In this document: positions 20,699-29,509 of the stretch, in pieces | How positions within the stretch are numbered: the stretch's first letter is position 1 | How the letters are laid out: each line of letters opens with the position of its first letter | Origin: a bacterium | GTDB taxonomy: Bacteria; Patescibacteriota; Saccharimonadia; Saccharimonadales; UBA4665 | DNA: 64,000 bases | Direction of reading: 5' to 3' | NCBI GenBank assembly: GCA_021833065.1 | Contig: JAKBGO010000002.1 | Coordinates: 11,493 to 75,492, forward strand | The notes under the pieces: model-generated | The model's input: the letters and a program-made list of their open reading frames with translations, nothing else | Databases searched by the model: none | What the model was told of the DNA's origin: nothing | Translations under genes and position numbers: made by a program

Positions 20699-21421
20699 TT
20701 ATTTTGTCAAAAAAGCAGATGCTTTAGTAAAGGCATCTTTTGCGGCAGATTCATTATAGGAATACGGATTAGAATCATTAAAAAATGCGTGTCCGCAGTC
20801 GGGGTAGACAAGAGCTTCAAAATGAACTCCGGCTTGATTCATTCTTGATTTTAAATCATCTAGGTTCGATACCAGACTTTCATCTTTTTCACCATAAAAT
20901 GCCATGATTTTGGCTTTTATATTTTTTAGTTCGTCAACAGAATAATCGTTATGCCCATAAAACGGTATCGCTTTTTTTAGTCTCGGTTCACGAACAGCCA
21001 AATTATAGCTATAGGTCCCTCCAAAACAAAAACCGGTTACTGAAATATTTCGTTTTAACTCGGGCATAGAGTATAGCTCATTGAAAACTTTCAATAGTTT
21101 ATCGTTAGTTTGAGTACCAAATTCCGGCATATGAAGCGGTGTCATCAACTCTCTAAGTAATGGCTGAACTTCGTTTCTTTTTTCAGGATTAAATAAACCG
21201 TGCTGCAAATTAGTGGTATCCAGCTTGGCAATTTCCGTTTCAGAGAGAAGATCTGGAGCCAAAACAAAATAGCCTAAATCGGCAAATCTATCGGCCACAT
21301 TTTTTATATGTTCAGTCAGCCCCCAGACTTCGTGAATAACAATCAAACCGCCTTTTAAGTTGTCTGATAAATCAACTGGGCGATAACAGTTAACTCCTCC
21401 GACATTAATCATTTTGTCCAT
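20699..21421 (-). CDS. dienelactone hydrolase family protein
   Basis: Nucleophile motif GFCFGG, C-terminal His in CGHAF, alpha/beta-hydrolase length. Confidence 0.85.
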   Translation of the reverse strand: MDKMINVGGVNCYRPVDLSDNLKGGLIVIHEVWGLTEHIKNVADRFADLGYFVLAPDLLSETEIAKLDTTNLQHGLFNPEKRNEVQPLLRELMTPLHMPEFGTQTNDKLLKVFNELYSMPELKRNISVTGFCFGGTYSYNLAVREPRLKKAIPFYGHNDYSVDELKNIKAKIMAFYGEKDESLVSNLDDLKSRMNQAGVHFEALVYPDCGHAFFNDSNPYSYNESAAKDAFTKASAFLTK

Positions 21422-21448
21422 ATATCAATTATATAACTTTCAAGGAAA

Positions 21449-22555
21449 CTAACTAATCTTTTCCCAAGGTAAACCATCTTTTCCGAAGTGCCCATAATTA
21501 GTAGTTTTTGAAAAAATAGCCTTTTTCAAATTCAACTTTTTAATAATCCCTGAGACTGAAGTATCTATTAGGTTTTCGGCAAATTTACTAATCTCATTAT
21601 CGGCAACTTTAGAAGTACCAAAAGTCTCAATAGTCTGCATCAAGGGCTGTGGCTGTCCTATAACATAGGCCAAGGCAACCTCACATTTATCGGCTAATCC
21701 TCGACTAACTACATTTTTAGCAATATAACGAGCAGCATAAGCACCGGAACGATCAACCTTTGAAGCATCTTTACCACTAAAAGCCCCGCCGCCAACCCTG
21801 GCATAACCGCCGTACCCATCAACCACTATTTTTCGTCCCGTCAAACCGGCATCACTGGCTGGACCAGGAATAAACCAAAGTCCTGTTCCATTGACGATAA
21901 TGCTATTAATCTTTGGCAACTGATAGCCATATTCATTTAAAACCGGTTCTATGACGTATTTAACTATTTCATTTTTGACTTCCTCAGCACTTTTATCTTC
22001 AGAGTGAGCCACGGCAATCACGACTTTTTCGACATACACAGGCTTATCACCCTGATAAGCTACCGTTACTTGTGCCTTCCCGTCCGGTCTCAGCCAATCA
22101 ACTACACGGTCGGTCCTGACCTGGTCAATTTTCCGAGTAAGTGCATGAGCCAAAGTTATCGGCATTGGCATTAAATTTTTGGTTTCATTAACTGCAAAAC
22201 CGAACATCATTCCCTGATCACCAGCTCCTTGATTATCTACTCCTATCGATATTTCTGGAGACTGCTGGTGAACGAAGTTTAAGAAATTAGAACTTGCAGA
22301 AAAACCCCATTCCGGTTTTGTGTATCCCAAAGAAGATACATAATCTCTAGCAATGCTTTCGAAATCAATTTTTGCCGATGTTTTAACTTCGCCAAGTAAA
22401 ATAATCTGATTATCGCCAACAACCGTTTCAATACCGGCTCGCGTATCTGGGTCTTGAGACAATAATGCGTCAAGTAAGGTATCCGATATGCCATCAGCAA
22501 TTTTATCCGGATGACCTGAACAAACAGATTCAGAAGTAAAAAATTTTATAGCCAT
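21449..22555 (-). CDS. metK: S-adenosylmethionine synthetase
   Basis: SESVCSGHPDKIAD, GAGDQGMMFG, GGGAFSGKD. Confidence 0.96.
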   Translation of the reverse strand: MAIKFFTSESVCSGHPDKIADGISDTLLDALLSQDPDTRAGIETVVGDNQIILLGEVKTSAKIDFESIARDYVSSLGYTKPEWGFSASSNFLNFVHQQSPEISIGVDNQGAGDQGMMFGFAVNETKNLMPMPITLAHALTRKIDQVRTDRVVDWLRPDGKAQVTVAYQGDKPVYVEKVVIAVAHSEDKSAEEVKNEIVKYVIEPVLNEYGYQLPKINSIIVNGTGLWFIPGPASDAGLTGRKIVVDGYGGYARVGGGAFSGKDASKVDRSGAYAARYIAKNVVSRGLADKCEVALAYVIGQPQPLMQTIETFGTSKVADNEISKFAENLIDTSVSGIIKKLNLKKAIFSKTTNYGHFGKDGLPWEKIS

Positions 22556-22629
22556 TTTTAAAAATCCTTTCTTAAAAGTAAGTCCACCAAAAAAGAGAAA
22601 AAAATAAATATATTCCCCATTTTTTAGTA

Positions 22630-22726
22630 GTTTGCTTGGGCTAGATGGAGCACCTTCGTCTGAAAATTAAGACGGGTTGCTGGCAGGTCAACGAGCTAGA
22701 TCTCTCACTGCACTCTTGATATTTAA
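22630..22726 (-). promoter_or_regulatory. candidate SAM-I-clan riboswitch in the metK leader
   Basis: The minus strand reads AUAUCAAGAG-UGCAG-UGAGAGAUCUAGCUCGUUGA-CCUGCC-AGCAACC-CGUC-UUAAUUUUCA-GACG-AAGGUGCUCC. This contains the AUCAAGAG, GCAACC and GGUGC signatures plus P2 (GCAG/CUGC) and P3 (CGUC/GACG) pairings. The P1 3' strand and P4 are not canonical. Confidence 0.5.
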
Positions 22727-22861
22727 ATTGTTAATGTAGAGTTATTTTAACAAATATAATTTAAAGCACAAAAACTATCTTGAATCTATCGCTATTATTG
22801 CACTATAATAGCTAGCCTAAGGTAATTATTTTGGTAAGTCTTAAAAAAATAAAAGCATAAA

Positions 22862-23866
22862 ATGTTTATTGTCGTAATTTTAGAAGTTATCCTTCTTATA
22901 ATCGTCTCCGCTATCTGCTCAGGCCTCAACATCGCAATAATGTCACTTAGTATCAGTGACTTAAAACGAAAAGCGGCCGATAACAACAAAGCGGCCAAAA
23001 AGGTTCTTCCTCTTCGAACCAACACACATTTAACATTAGTTAGCATACTACTAGCCAATGTTGCAGCTGTCTCAGCCAACTCGATTTTACTGTCTCACTA
23101 TATTAATGGTTGGCTAGCAGCCGCTATCTCGACACTTTTAATAGTTTTATTCGGAGAAATTCTACCTCAGGCACTATTCATTAAAAATCCTTTGGGATGG
23201 TCGGCTTTTCTGGCTCCAATTATCCAGGCAGTCATTGCAATCACTTTTGTTATCTCTAAACCGCTTCAAGTGCTGCTGGACAAAACACTTCCAGCTACTC
23301 TGAATGTCTCACCTCTACAATCAAGACATGAGCTGTCGATGTTAATGAGCGAGCATCTAAATGACGACTCTAGTGAACTTGATGATGACGAGGTCGAAAT
23401 AATGAAAGGAGCTCTGCTACTTAGTGAAAAAAAAGTTAAAGATATTATGACTTCGATTAAAGATACTTTTTTCTTAGATCCCTCCACTAAACTGAATGAT
23501 GAAATAATCCAACAAATAAAGATTATGGGATACAGCCGTATACCGATAATAAACAAACAGAAAAACCATTGTCATGGAATTCTTATCATGAAAACCCTCA
23601 TAGATATTGATTTTGATGAGAATGAACTCTCGATTATGGAACTACCACTATACCCTGTTAAAACAGTCGGAAGCCAAACAGCTCTTGATACTTTATTCAG
23701 AAAATTTATATCTCAAGGAACACACTTAATGCCAGTTGAAAAGGAAGACAGACTAATCGGTATAGTTACTATCGAGGATTTAATTGAAGAGATAATCGGC
23801 CATGAAATCGAGGACGAATCGGACATCGATGACAAAACTAAACAAGAACAATTAAATCTTGTATAA
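22862..23866 (+). CDS. CNNM/DUF21 + CBS-pair transporter-associated protein (HlyC/CorC family)
   Basis: N-terminal four-TM DUF21 (LPQALF motif) followed by tandem CBS domains. Confidence 0.85.
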   Translation: MFIVVILEVILLIIVSAICSGLNIAIMSLSISDLKRKAADNNKAAKKVLPLRTNTHLTLVSILLANVAAVSANSILLSHYINGWLAAAISTLLIVLFGEILPQALFIKNPLGWSAFLAPIIQAVIAITFVISKPLQVLLDKTLPATLNVSPLQSRHELSMLMSEHLNDDSSELDDDEVEIMKGALLLSEKKVKDIMTSIKDTFFLDPSTKLNDEIIQQIKIMGYSRIPIINKQKNHCHGILIMKTLIDIDFDENELSIMELPLYPVKTVGSQTALDTLFRKFISQGTHLMPVEKEDRLIGIVTIEDLIEEIIGHEIEDESDIDDKTKQEQLNLV

Positions 23867-23879
23867 TATCAGGGACTAT

Positions 23880-23953
23880 TGGGAATTGGCCAAGCGGTAA
23901 GGCACTGGGTTCTGGTCCCAGGATCGGGGGTTCGAATCCCTCATTCCCAGCCA
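23880..23953 (+). tRNA. tRNA-Gln (anticodon CUG), CCA encoded
   Basis: Manual cloverleaf: acceptor TGGGAAT/ATTCCCA (U1:A72), D arm GCCAAGCGGTAAGGC, anticodon stem CTGGG/CCCAG with loop TTCTGGT, T arm GGGGG-TTCGAAT-CCCTC, G73, CCA. Confidence 0.93.
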
Positions 23954-23976
23954 AGCATAAGCACTTTGGTCATTTT

Positions 23977-24408
23977 TTGAGACCTTTTTGTATAATAATG
24001 ACTGCTATGAAAGTTAGTATAGACCGACTTATAAATGCATTAGGTGCATCATGGACTAAAGATGTTTGCTTTGATGCTAGTAAATGGAGTCCAGATAATC
24101 CAGCACGAGGTCAATGCGTAGCATCATCACTAGTAGTACAAGATTATTTAGGTGGTGATTTACGACGATATGATGTCACTCTTCCAGGCGGCTCGCACGA
24201 AAAACACTATTGCAACGTACTCGAGGATGGCACAGAAGTTGATACGACACGCAAGCAATATACTTTCCCGGTTACATTAAGTATTGATCCTGTAAACCTT
24301 AAGAGCTATAGAACAGTCCGCGAAAAAAGACTAGCAGAGGAAGAGACGCGAAAAAAATATGAGCGACTTAGGGATAGGGTATCTGCCTATCTAAGCATGA
24401 AGGTCTAG
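23977..24408 (+). CDS. hypothetical protein (YunG-like pattern)
   Basis: W-x-PDNPARGQC-x-SSLVVQDYLGG resembles the YunG family as I remember it. The true start is probably an internal ATG (23998 or 24007), just after a TATAAT at 23991-23996. Confidence 0.5.
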   Translation: MRPFCIIMTAMKVSIDRLINALGASWTKDVCFDASKWSPDNPARGQCVASSLVVQDYLGGDLRRYDVTLPGGSHEKHYCNVLEDGTEVDTTRKQYTFPVTLSIDPVNLKSYRTVREKRLAEEETRKKYERLRDRVSAYLSMKV

Positions 24409-24494
24409 CAAAGTCGTAACACGGAACTTAATGGTCTGCATGCATAAGTTCAGGAACATATACTTGCTAATATTCATTATGCTAAACTGTCACT

Positions 24495-25883
24495 ATGCCT
24501 CCAAATGAAGACCAAAACCAAAATCAGAACCAGGAAATAAATATTGCTGAAGTTGCAAATAGTCCTTTCGACATTAAAAGCCAATTACCTCCTGAAGCCT
24601 ATAACCCTGTTATGCCAAGCACGTTGCCTAACAAGCCTGGCCATAAGAAGATGATAATTAGTATCCTTGTTATCTTCTTGATCGTTGTGGGTGTTAGTGT
24701 GGTGTTTTACCTTAAGTTATTTCAAAAGTCTTCTAGCTTGTACTTTTATAGCAACATGTCTGGCTCGAGCTTGATTGTGGAAGATTCAGCCCAGAAAACA
24801 ATAACTAAATTTACTCCTCAAAATCAGTTAAATCTGGTCGGCGTCTTGGATCGCAACAGTCAGGCAACCCTGGTCGGAGAACAGTCTCCAAATTTATTTT
24901 TTAATAATGAATACATCGTAAATAACACTGGGTTAGTTAACAAACTCCCTTCTTCGGTTGTTTCACCTCAGTTCCTTGGTTCAAATAAAAGTATTCAAGA
25001 ACCTGCTATCCAACAATTTTTAGGCTATAGTGGTGATTTAATAGAAAACCACTGCCAGTATAATGCCGCGAATTATATCGAAGCCTGCAATATATATGAT
25101 GTTAATCTAAAGAGTGGCTCTTTTAAAACCATTGGCTCGTTTCCTGTCCCTAACCTAGGATCATCCCAGCAAAATGCCCTACCGCCATATGATTTATATA
25201 TACTTGGCGTTTCGCCTAAAAACATAGTCTACGTCATATACGTAACTTCTTTGAATAATACTGCGGCCACGGTTGACTTAGAAGAAATTAATGTGAGTGA
25301 CGACAGAGTAGTAAAGATTGTAAAGATTAATAACATTGACAGTAGCATGGTAGGCTTGGATCATGCCGATACATATGCAATTCCGTTTTCTCTGTCTAGT
25401 AATTTTGGTTGGTTTGCCTATACAAGCCAGAATGGTGAAAATGGCATCTATATTACTAATCTCACTAGTGGTAAAACTAAAAAGTTGAGTGTCCCTCAAA
25501 GTAGTAGTTCATTCCCATCCATTTCCGGAGTTCAGGATGTAGCGTTATCACCAGACGGAAGCAAGGTAGCTTTCGTTAATATAAAAGGTAACCTAGCCCC
25601 AGGCGCTGCCGATACTGAGTATATTGCCTACATTAATGTTGCGGATGGGAATGTCACTAAAATCTATACCAGTAGTGATGACGCTTACAAACTTATGGGC
25701 TGGTTAAGAAACAACACCATTGCATTTCTCAGTTATGCTGGCAAGCCGAACTTCTTTAATTATTTCAGCTTAAAGACGTCAAAAATATCTCAAATTCCAG
25801 CACCTAAAGGATACTTTCTTGTAGTCCACGACTTATCTTACGGCAGTATGAACTACCTCGCCCAAGTTCAGCGGTTATACTAA
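24495..25883 (+). CDS. membrane-anchored protein with TolB/PD40-like beta-propeller features
   Basis: N-terminal NQ-rich tail, one TM helix (MIISILVIFLIVVGVSVVFYL), and an ALSPDGSKVAFV-type PD40 motif near the C-terminus. Confidence 0.6.
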   Translation: MPPNEDQNQNQNQEINIAEVANSPFDIKSQLPPEAYNPVMPSTLPNKPGHKKMIISILVIFLIVVGVSVVFYLKLFQKSSSLYFYSNMSGSSLIVEDSAQKTITKFTPQNQLNLVGVLDRNSQATLVGEQSPNLFFNNEYIVNNTGLVNKLPSSVVSPQFLGSNKSIQEPAIQQFLGYSGDLIENHCQYNAANYIEACNIYDVNLKSGSFKTIGSFPVPNLGSSQQNALPPYDLYILGVSPKNIVYVIYVTSLNNTAATVDLEEINVSDDRVVKIVKINNIDSSMVGLDHADTYAIPFSLSSNFGWFAYTSQNGENGIYITNLTSGKTKKLSVPQSSSSFPSISGVQDVALSPDGSKVAFVNIKGNLAPGAADTEYIAYINVADGNVTKIYTSSDDAYKLMGWLRNNTIAFLSYAGKPNFFNYFSLKTSKISQIPAPKGYFLVVHDLSYGSMNYLAQVQRLY

Positions 25884-26460
25884 AAAATCTATAGGACGAC
25901 CTGGAAGCATAATTACATTAAAGTTGCTCTGCCCACCAATACTATTAAGCCGAAGAAACCATTAAAAATTGATTCTAGAGAATATCCTGCATTAACTGGG
26001 GCCCTTACTTTATTACTAGTCAAAATAATGCATCGATCAAATACAGTCTATAAATCTAGATTAACTATAGTAATTCAGGTAGCATTGAGAATTGAGTCAC
26101 AAAAGCTAACCTCCTACGCTATAGTTACTCGCGTATAGAACTCAGCAGCTATGCGACATTTGATTTAAATTTACATGGTTGTCAGCTTTATGATGTAAGC
26201 GTTGGCGTAGATATATTAATAACTTATTGTAACTAGAACAGTTCAGGTAATAGTTTGCATTAGAGTATCCTTATGTAGCACTCGGTTTTTTATATAAGAG
26301 TTTAATTTGATAATGAAATTAGCATAAGTCCAGAAGCATATTGGACTCTGAATAGAAATTGGGATACAAGTTTTAAGTCATAAGTATTGTTCTAAATTCG
26401 TGAACTAAAGGCAGCCAAGACTAACTACAGAACTTAAATACATAAAGTCGAGGCTTCTAA

Positions 26461-26505
26461 GATTCGAACGGAAATCTAAAAGACTACACTTCTTATTACA
26501 AGGCA
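26461..26505 (+). repeat. degenerate copy of the R2 repeat (5' part)
   Basis: GATTCGAACGGAA (26461-26473) is identical to 27198-27210 and is followed by weaker similarity (AAAAG..CTAC). The two copies bracket the RelE/Phd module. Confidence 0.5.
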
Positions 26506-26508
26506 ATA

Positions 26509-26766
26509 TTATCTATAAACATCTTTACGATGTTGAACCCTCAAGATTTTTATTAATTCTTCTTCTGTATCAAAAACTATTCGAAAATTTCCAATTCTCC
26601 ACCTAAAGTCTCCATCTTTAGTATTGACGAGTCTTTTGGCAAATTGCAGTGGATCATCATGCTCGATAAAAAATTTCAGTTTTTTGGCAATACGCTTTCG
26701 GAGCATTGGGTCTAAGGACTGAAGGTCTTTTTTTGCCCTACTTTCAATTACAAGCCGATACGCCAT
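26509..26766 (-). CDS. type II toxin, RelE/ParE family
   Basis: MAYRLVIESRAKKDLQSL... and the C-terminal RVQHRKDVYR are typical of the family. The ATG at 26764-26766 lies 5 nt after the antitoxin stop. The track ORF extends to 26787. Confidence 0.85.
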   Translation of the reverse strand: MAYRLVIESRAKKDLQSLDPMLRKRIAKKLKFFIEHDDPLQFAKRLVNTKDGDFRWRIGNFRIVFDTEEELIKILRVQHRKDVYR

Positions 26767-26771
26767 TGCAT

Positions 26772-27029
26772 TTAAAGTTCTGCCCAAATATCACCAAAGA
26801 CCTCTTCAGGTGTGTAGAATTCTTTGCTTTTCCTAGCATCAGCAATACTTTTAACATATTCTGGATCTTGCACGGTAAGTAAGTCTTCTAGAGTATCTAT
26901 ATCTATAAGTGCCGATTCAACTTTCCCATGTCTTTTAACAAGAATAAGGTTTTTGTTCTCTCGAACTGCATCTAATACATCTGATAAGTTCTTGCGCATA
27001 GACGATGCGTCTATTGTGCTTGTGCTCAT
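26772..27029 (-). CDS. type II antitoxin, Phd/YefM family
   Basis: 85 aa; the N-terminal pattern (MRKNLSDVLDAV...LILVKRHGKVESALIDIDTLEDL) is typical of Phd/YefM, and the gene sits directly upstream of the toxin. Confidence 0.85.
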   Translation of the reverse strand: MSTSTIDASSMRKNLSDVLDAVRENKNLILVKRHGKVESALIDIDTLEDLLTVQDPEYVKSIADARKSKEFYTPEEVFGDIWAEL

Positions 27030-27213
27030 AAATTATTCTATCCTCGTACGTTGTTTTATTACTGTTTTATTGTACTTTTTATTTGTACTTTTTGTCAATA
27101 GATTTTTATTTTGTTTGACTAATCGAGCTATAGAATGATCCTGCAAACTGAGTGTTCTGCGTATTTAGTAGATTACTCGTAAATTTTAGACGCATTGGAT
27201 TCGAACGGAATAC

Positions 27214-27243
27214 GAAAAGGTTCTACGCCGCACTGCTCAGCCA
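27214..27243 (+). repeat. R2 repeat copy A (tRNA-Gln 3'-end mimic)
   Basis: GAAAAGGTTCTACGCCGCACTGCTCAGCCA. Shares GGTTC, CC and GCYCAGCCA with copies B-D. GGTTC to CCA spans 25 nt, the same as in the true tRNA. Confidence 0.7.
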
Positions 27244-27279
27244 TCACATATTCGAACTTAAGGCAAATATGTATTTGGG

Positions 27280-27861
27280 CTAAGCATTATTTTCGCTACG
27301 GTACCATTCAGCAAATTCATGCCAGGCATCACGACGAGTTAAGTAACGTGCCATTACTGCTTTCTCGCCTTGCTCAAAAACTTCAGCAATTGTTTTTCCG
27401 TTATCATGGTCCAGCTCGGTTACTGTCATGTTTGGTGAACGGTCGTTTTTTCCGCGTGGTTTATCGATAATTTTTCCAAATATATCGTTTTTAAAAGTCT
27501 TTAATAATTTTCCATCGTAATAAGCTAAATATTGATGTAATATTATTTGCCGATCTTTTTTACCATCCATTAGTTTTATAAAGTCTTCTGGTTGGAACCA
27601 CTTATTTATTGACTTCATGTAAGGTCCAGGGAAGCTGCTGAGAGCCGGAATGTCCCACGAGTCATCACTGACAACTACTGGTTTTGAAAGGCCTTCATAT
27701 GCCCGACGTACTTTATCTTGCACAATAATAATTGGATCTTCGCCTTGAATTTCGTCAACCTCAATTATCGCTTGTTCAACTTTTATATCAAATTTGGAAC
27801 ATACAGTTTGAGCTATTAACATTTTTTCTTTGTTACTGGTCGCAAAATATACAGTATCCAT
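27280..27861 (-). CDS. non-canonical purine NTP pyrophosphatase (HAM1/RdgB/ITPase family)
   Basis: FATSNKEK, VDEIQ and DDSWDIPALSSFPGPYMKS motifs of the Ham1 fold. Confidence 0.8.
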   Translation of the reverse strand: MDTVYFATSNKEKMLIAQTVCSKFDIKVEQAIIEVDEIQGEDPIIIVQDKVRRAYEGLSKPVVVSDDSWDIPALSSFPGPYMKSINKWFQPEDFIKLMDGKKDRQIILHQYLAYYDGKLLKTFKNDIFGKIIDKPRGKNDRSPNMTVTELDHDNGKTIAEVFEQGEKAVMARYLTRRDAWHEFAEWYRSENNA

Positions 27862-27909
27862 TTCAATAAATTATATCGTAAGTAAAGCGAATTACAGTGA
27901 GCAAAGACC

Positions 27910-27939
27910 GAAAAGGTTCCTGACCGGCACGCCCAGCCA
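27910..27939 (+). repeat. R2 repeat copy B
   Basis: GAAAAGGTTCCTGACCGGCACGCCCAGCCA, 27/30 identical to copy D. Confidence 0.7.
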
Positions 27940-27990
27940 ATTATCTATGGTAGCTTGACATATTTATAATAATACTATTATAATGTTTAT

Positions 27991-28212
27991 ATGATTCAAA
28001 GTATTCAAAAGGTTATTAAAATTGGCACAAGCGGTGGCGTAACAATACCAGCTAAAGCACTAAAGCAACAGAATATCTCTTTCGGTGACGAGGTTGAAGT
28101 AATTGTAAGACCACTTCACAGCCATAGTGAAGAAGACCAAAAGGTCATTAATTCTGCAAAAAAAATATTATCCGACTACAAAAGTGATTTTGTTAGTCTA
28201 TCTAAAAGATGA
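27991..28212 (+). CDS. AbrB/MazE/SpoVT-family antitoxin
   Basis: VIKIGTSGGVTIPAKALKQQNISFGDEVEV is a SpoVT-AbrB swapped-hairpin motif. The gene overlaps the Doc gene by 4 nt (ATGA). Confidence 0.8.
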   Translation: MIQSIQKVIKIGTSGGVTIPAKALKQQNISFGDEVEVIVRPLHSHSEEDQKVINSAKKILSDYKSDFVSLSKR

Positions 28213-28586
28213 TAATTTTAACTCTCGAACAACTTTTAGAGATACATACTATAGCTATTGACGCTACAGGTGGAAGCGCTGGAATCAGAGATCTGGGTAG
28301 ACTAGAGGCGGCTATTGCCACACAAACTCAAAATGTTTTTGGAGAAGAGCTATACTCTAGTATTGCTGATAAAGCAGCTGCATTAATTAGAGCTGTAATC
28401 GCAGATCATCCCTTTATTGATGGAAACAAGAGAACAGCTATGCTTATCGGAATAACTTTCCTTGAAATAAACGGTTTAAGATTTATCGCAAAACCCGGAG
28501 AAATAGAAGACTTCGCAGTTAGTATAGCAACAAGCCGTCTTGATATTCCGATAATCTCAGCCTGGCTTAATAAACATTTGAGCTAA
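28209..28586 (+). CDS. doc: type II toxin, death-on-curing (Doc/Fic) family
   Basis: Fic motif HPFIDGNKRTA. Confidence 0.9.
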   Translation: MIILTLEQLLEIHTIAIDATGGSAGIRDLGRLEAAIATQTQNVFGEELYSSIADKAAALIRAVIADHPFIDGNKRTAMLIGITFLEINGLRFIAKPGEIEDFAVSIATSRLDIPIISAWLNKHLS

Positions 28587-28600
28587 ATTAAAGAAACGAG

Positions 28601-28623
28601 TTCGAATTCCTCATTCCCCGCCA
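28601..28623 (+). repeat. R1 repeat copy 1 (copy of the tRNA-Gln 3' end)
   Basis: TTCGAATTCCTCATTCCCCGCCA, 21/23 identical to 23931-23953, same orientation. Confidence 0.8.
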
Positions 28624-28736
28624 GTACAAATTCGAATTTTAGTAGAAGTAGTAGCCAAGTTAATGTCTACATTCACTATTGAAATTTCTTAAATTTATGA
28701 GTCATAATTATTTTCGTATATTATAAATATTAAACT

Positions 28737-29033
28737 ATGTGGCAACTATACGTATTTAGTTTTTTATCGGGCGCTTTTGCGGCAAATGGAACGCCGCACT
28801 TCATTAAAGGCATGATGGGCCTCAAGAACCAAACTCCATTTGGCAAAGGGTCATCAGCATTGGTAAACGTTTGTTGGGGCTGGGCTAATCTAGTGGCCGC
28901 CGTCATTTTTCTCCACTTTGCTCATCCACACACTCATATATATAGGGCGTTTGCACTGTTCGCCGTTGCAGCCCTACTAAAAGGATTGGGTTCAGCCAAC
29001 CAATGGTCTAAGCACCCAGAATACAATAAGTAA
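28737..29033 (+). CDS. small membrane protein
   Basis: 98-aa ORF with three hydrophobic segments; no family recognised. Confidence 0.45.
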   Translation: MWQLYVFSFLSGAFAANGTPHFIKGMMGLKNQTPFGKGSSALVNVCWGWANLVAAVIFLHFAHPHTHIYRAFALFAVAALLKGLGSANQWSKHPEYNK

Positions 29034-29064
29034 TTTCTATTCACGGATGCGCCGAACAAAAGCC

Positions 29065-29094
29065 CAAAAGGTTCTATACCTTCATGCTCAGCCA
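29065..29094 (+). repeat. R2 repeat copy C
   Basis: CAAAAGGTTCTATACCTTCATGCTCAGCCA. Confidence 0.65.
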
Positions 29095-29154
29095 TATAGT
29101 TTACGTACAATGATATATATCAGTAGTTTTCGCTCATTTCAAATAGACGAAAAA

Positions 29155-29430
29155 CTAAAGGTTTTCTAGTGGAATCCCTGTTTTGTCTGAGACTTTCCGA
29201 GCCCAAGATAGCAACCTTTCGAACTGACTATCACGTGCGGCCATTTCAGTCTCATATTTATCTATTCTCCCAATAAATCCATCTATAGTATTAATTAAAC
29301 GATCATATTTTACGTCTAAAGTATCAAATCTTTTTTCTACTTCACTAAATTTATCCGATACTTGATCCATTAATATTTTAATAGTATCGAGGACTTCATT
29401 TACATCATCTTTTGTAGCTTGGTTGCTCAT
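29155..29430 (-). CDS. hypothetical coiled-coil protein
   Basis: 91-aa ORF. Its C-terminal motif ARDSQFERLLSWARKVSDKTGIPLENL is shared with the frameshifted paralog at 29651-29901. Confidence 0.55.
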   Translation of the reverse strand: MSNQATKDDVNEVLDTIKILMDQVSDKFSEVEKRFDTLDVKYDRLINTIDGFIGRIDKYETEMAARDSQFERLLSWARKVSDKTGIPLENL

Positions 29431-29477
29431 GTTTATATTTTATCACTTTCTAAATTCTTTGTTGATATTTGCAAGAG

Positions 29478-29496
29478 TTCGAATCCCTCATTCCCA
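29478..29496 (+). repeat. R1 repeat copy 2
   Basis: TTCGAATCCCTCATTCCCA, 19/19 identical to 23931-23949, then diverges. Confidence 0.8.
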
Positions 29497-29509
29497 TATG
29501 TCACGAACT

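Noticed and set aside
26396-26416. A possible additional, highly degenerate copy of the tRNA 3' end (TTCGTGAACTAAAGGCAGCCA).
   Set aside because: Only the TTCG start and CAGCCA end match, and the length differs by 2 nt. This is indistinguishable from chance by eye.
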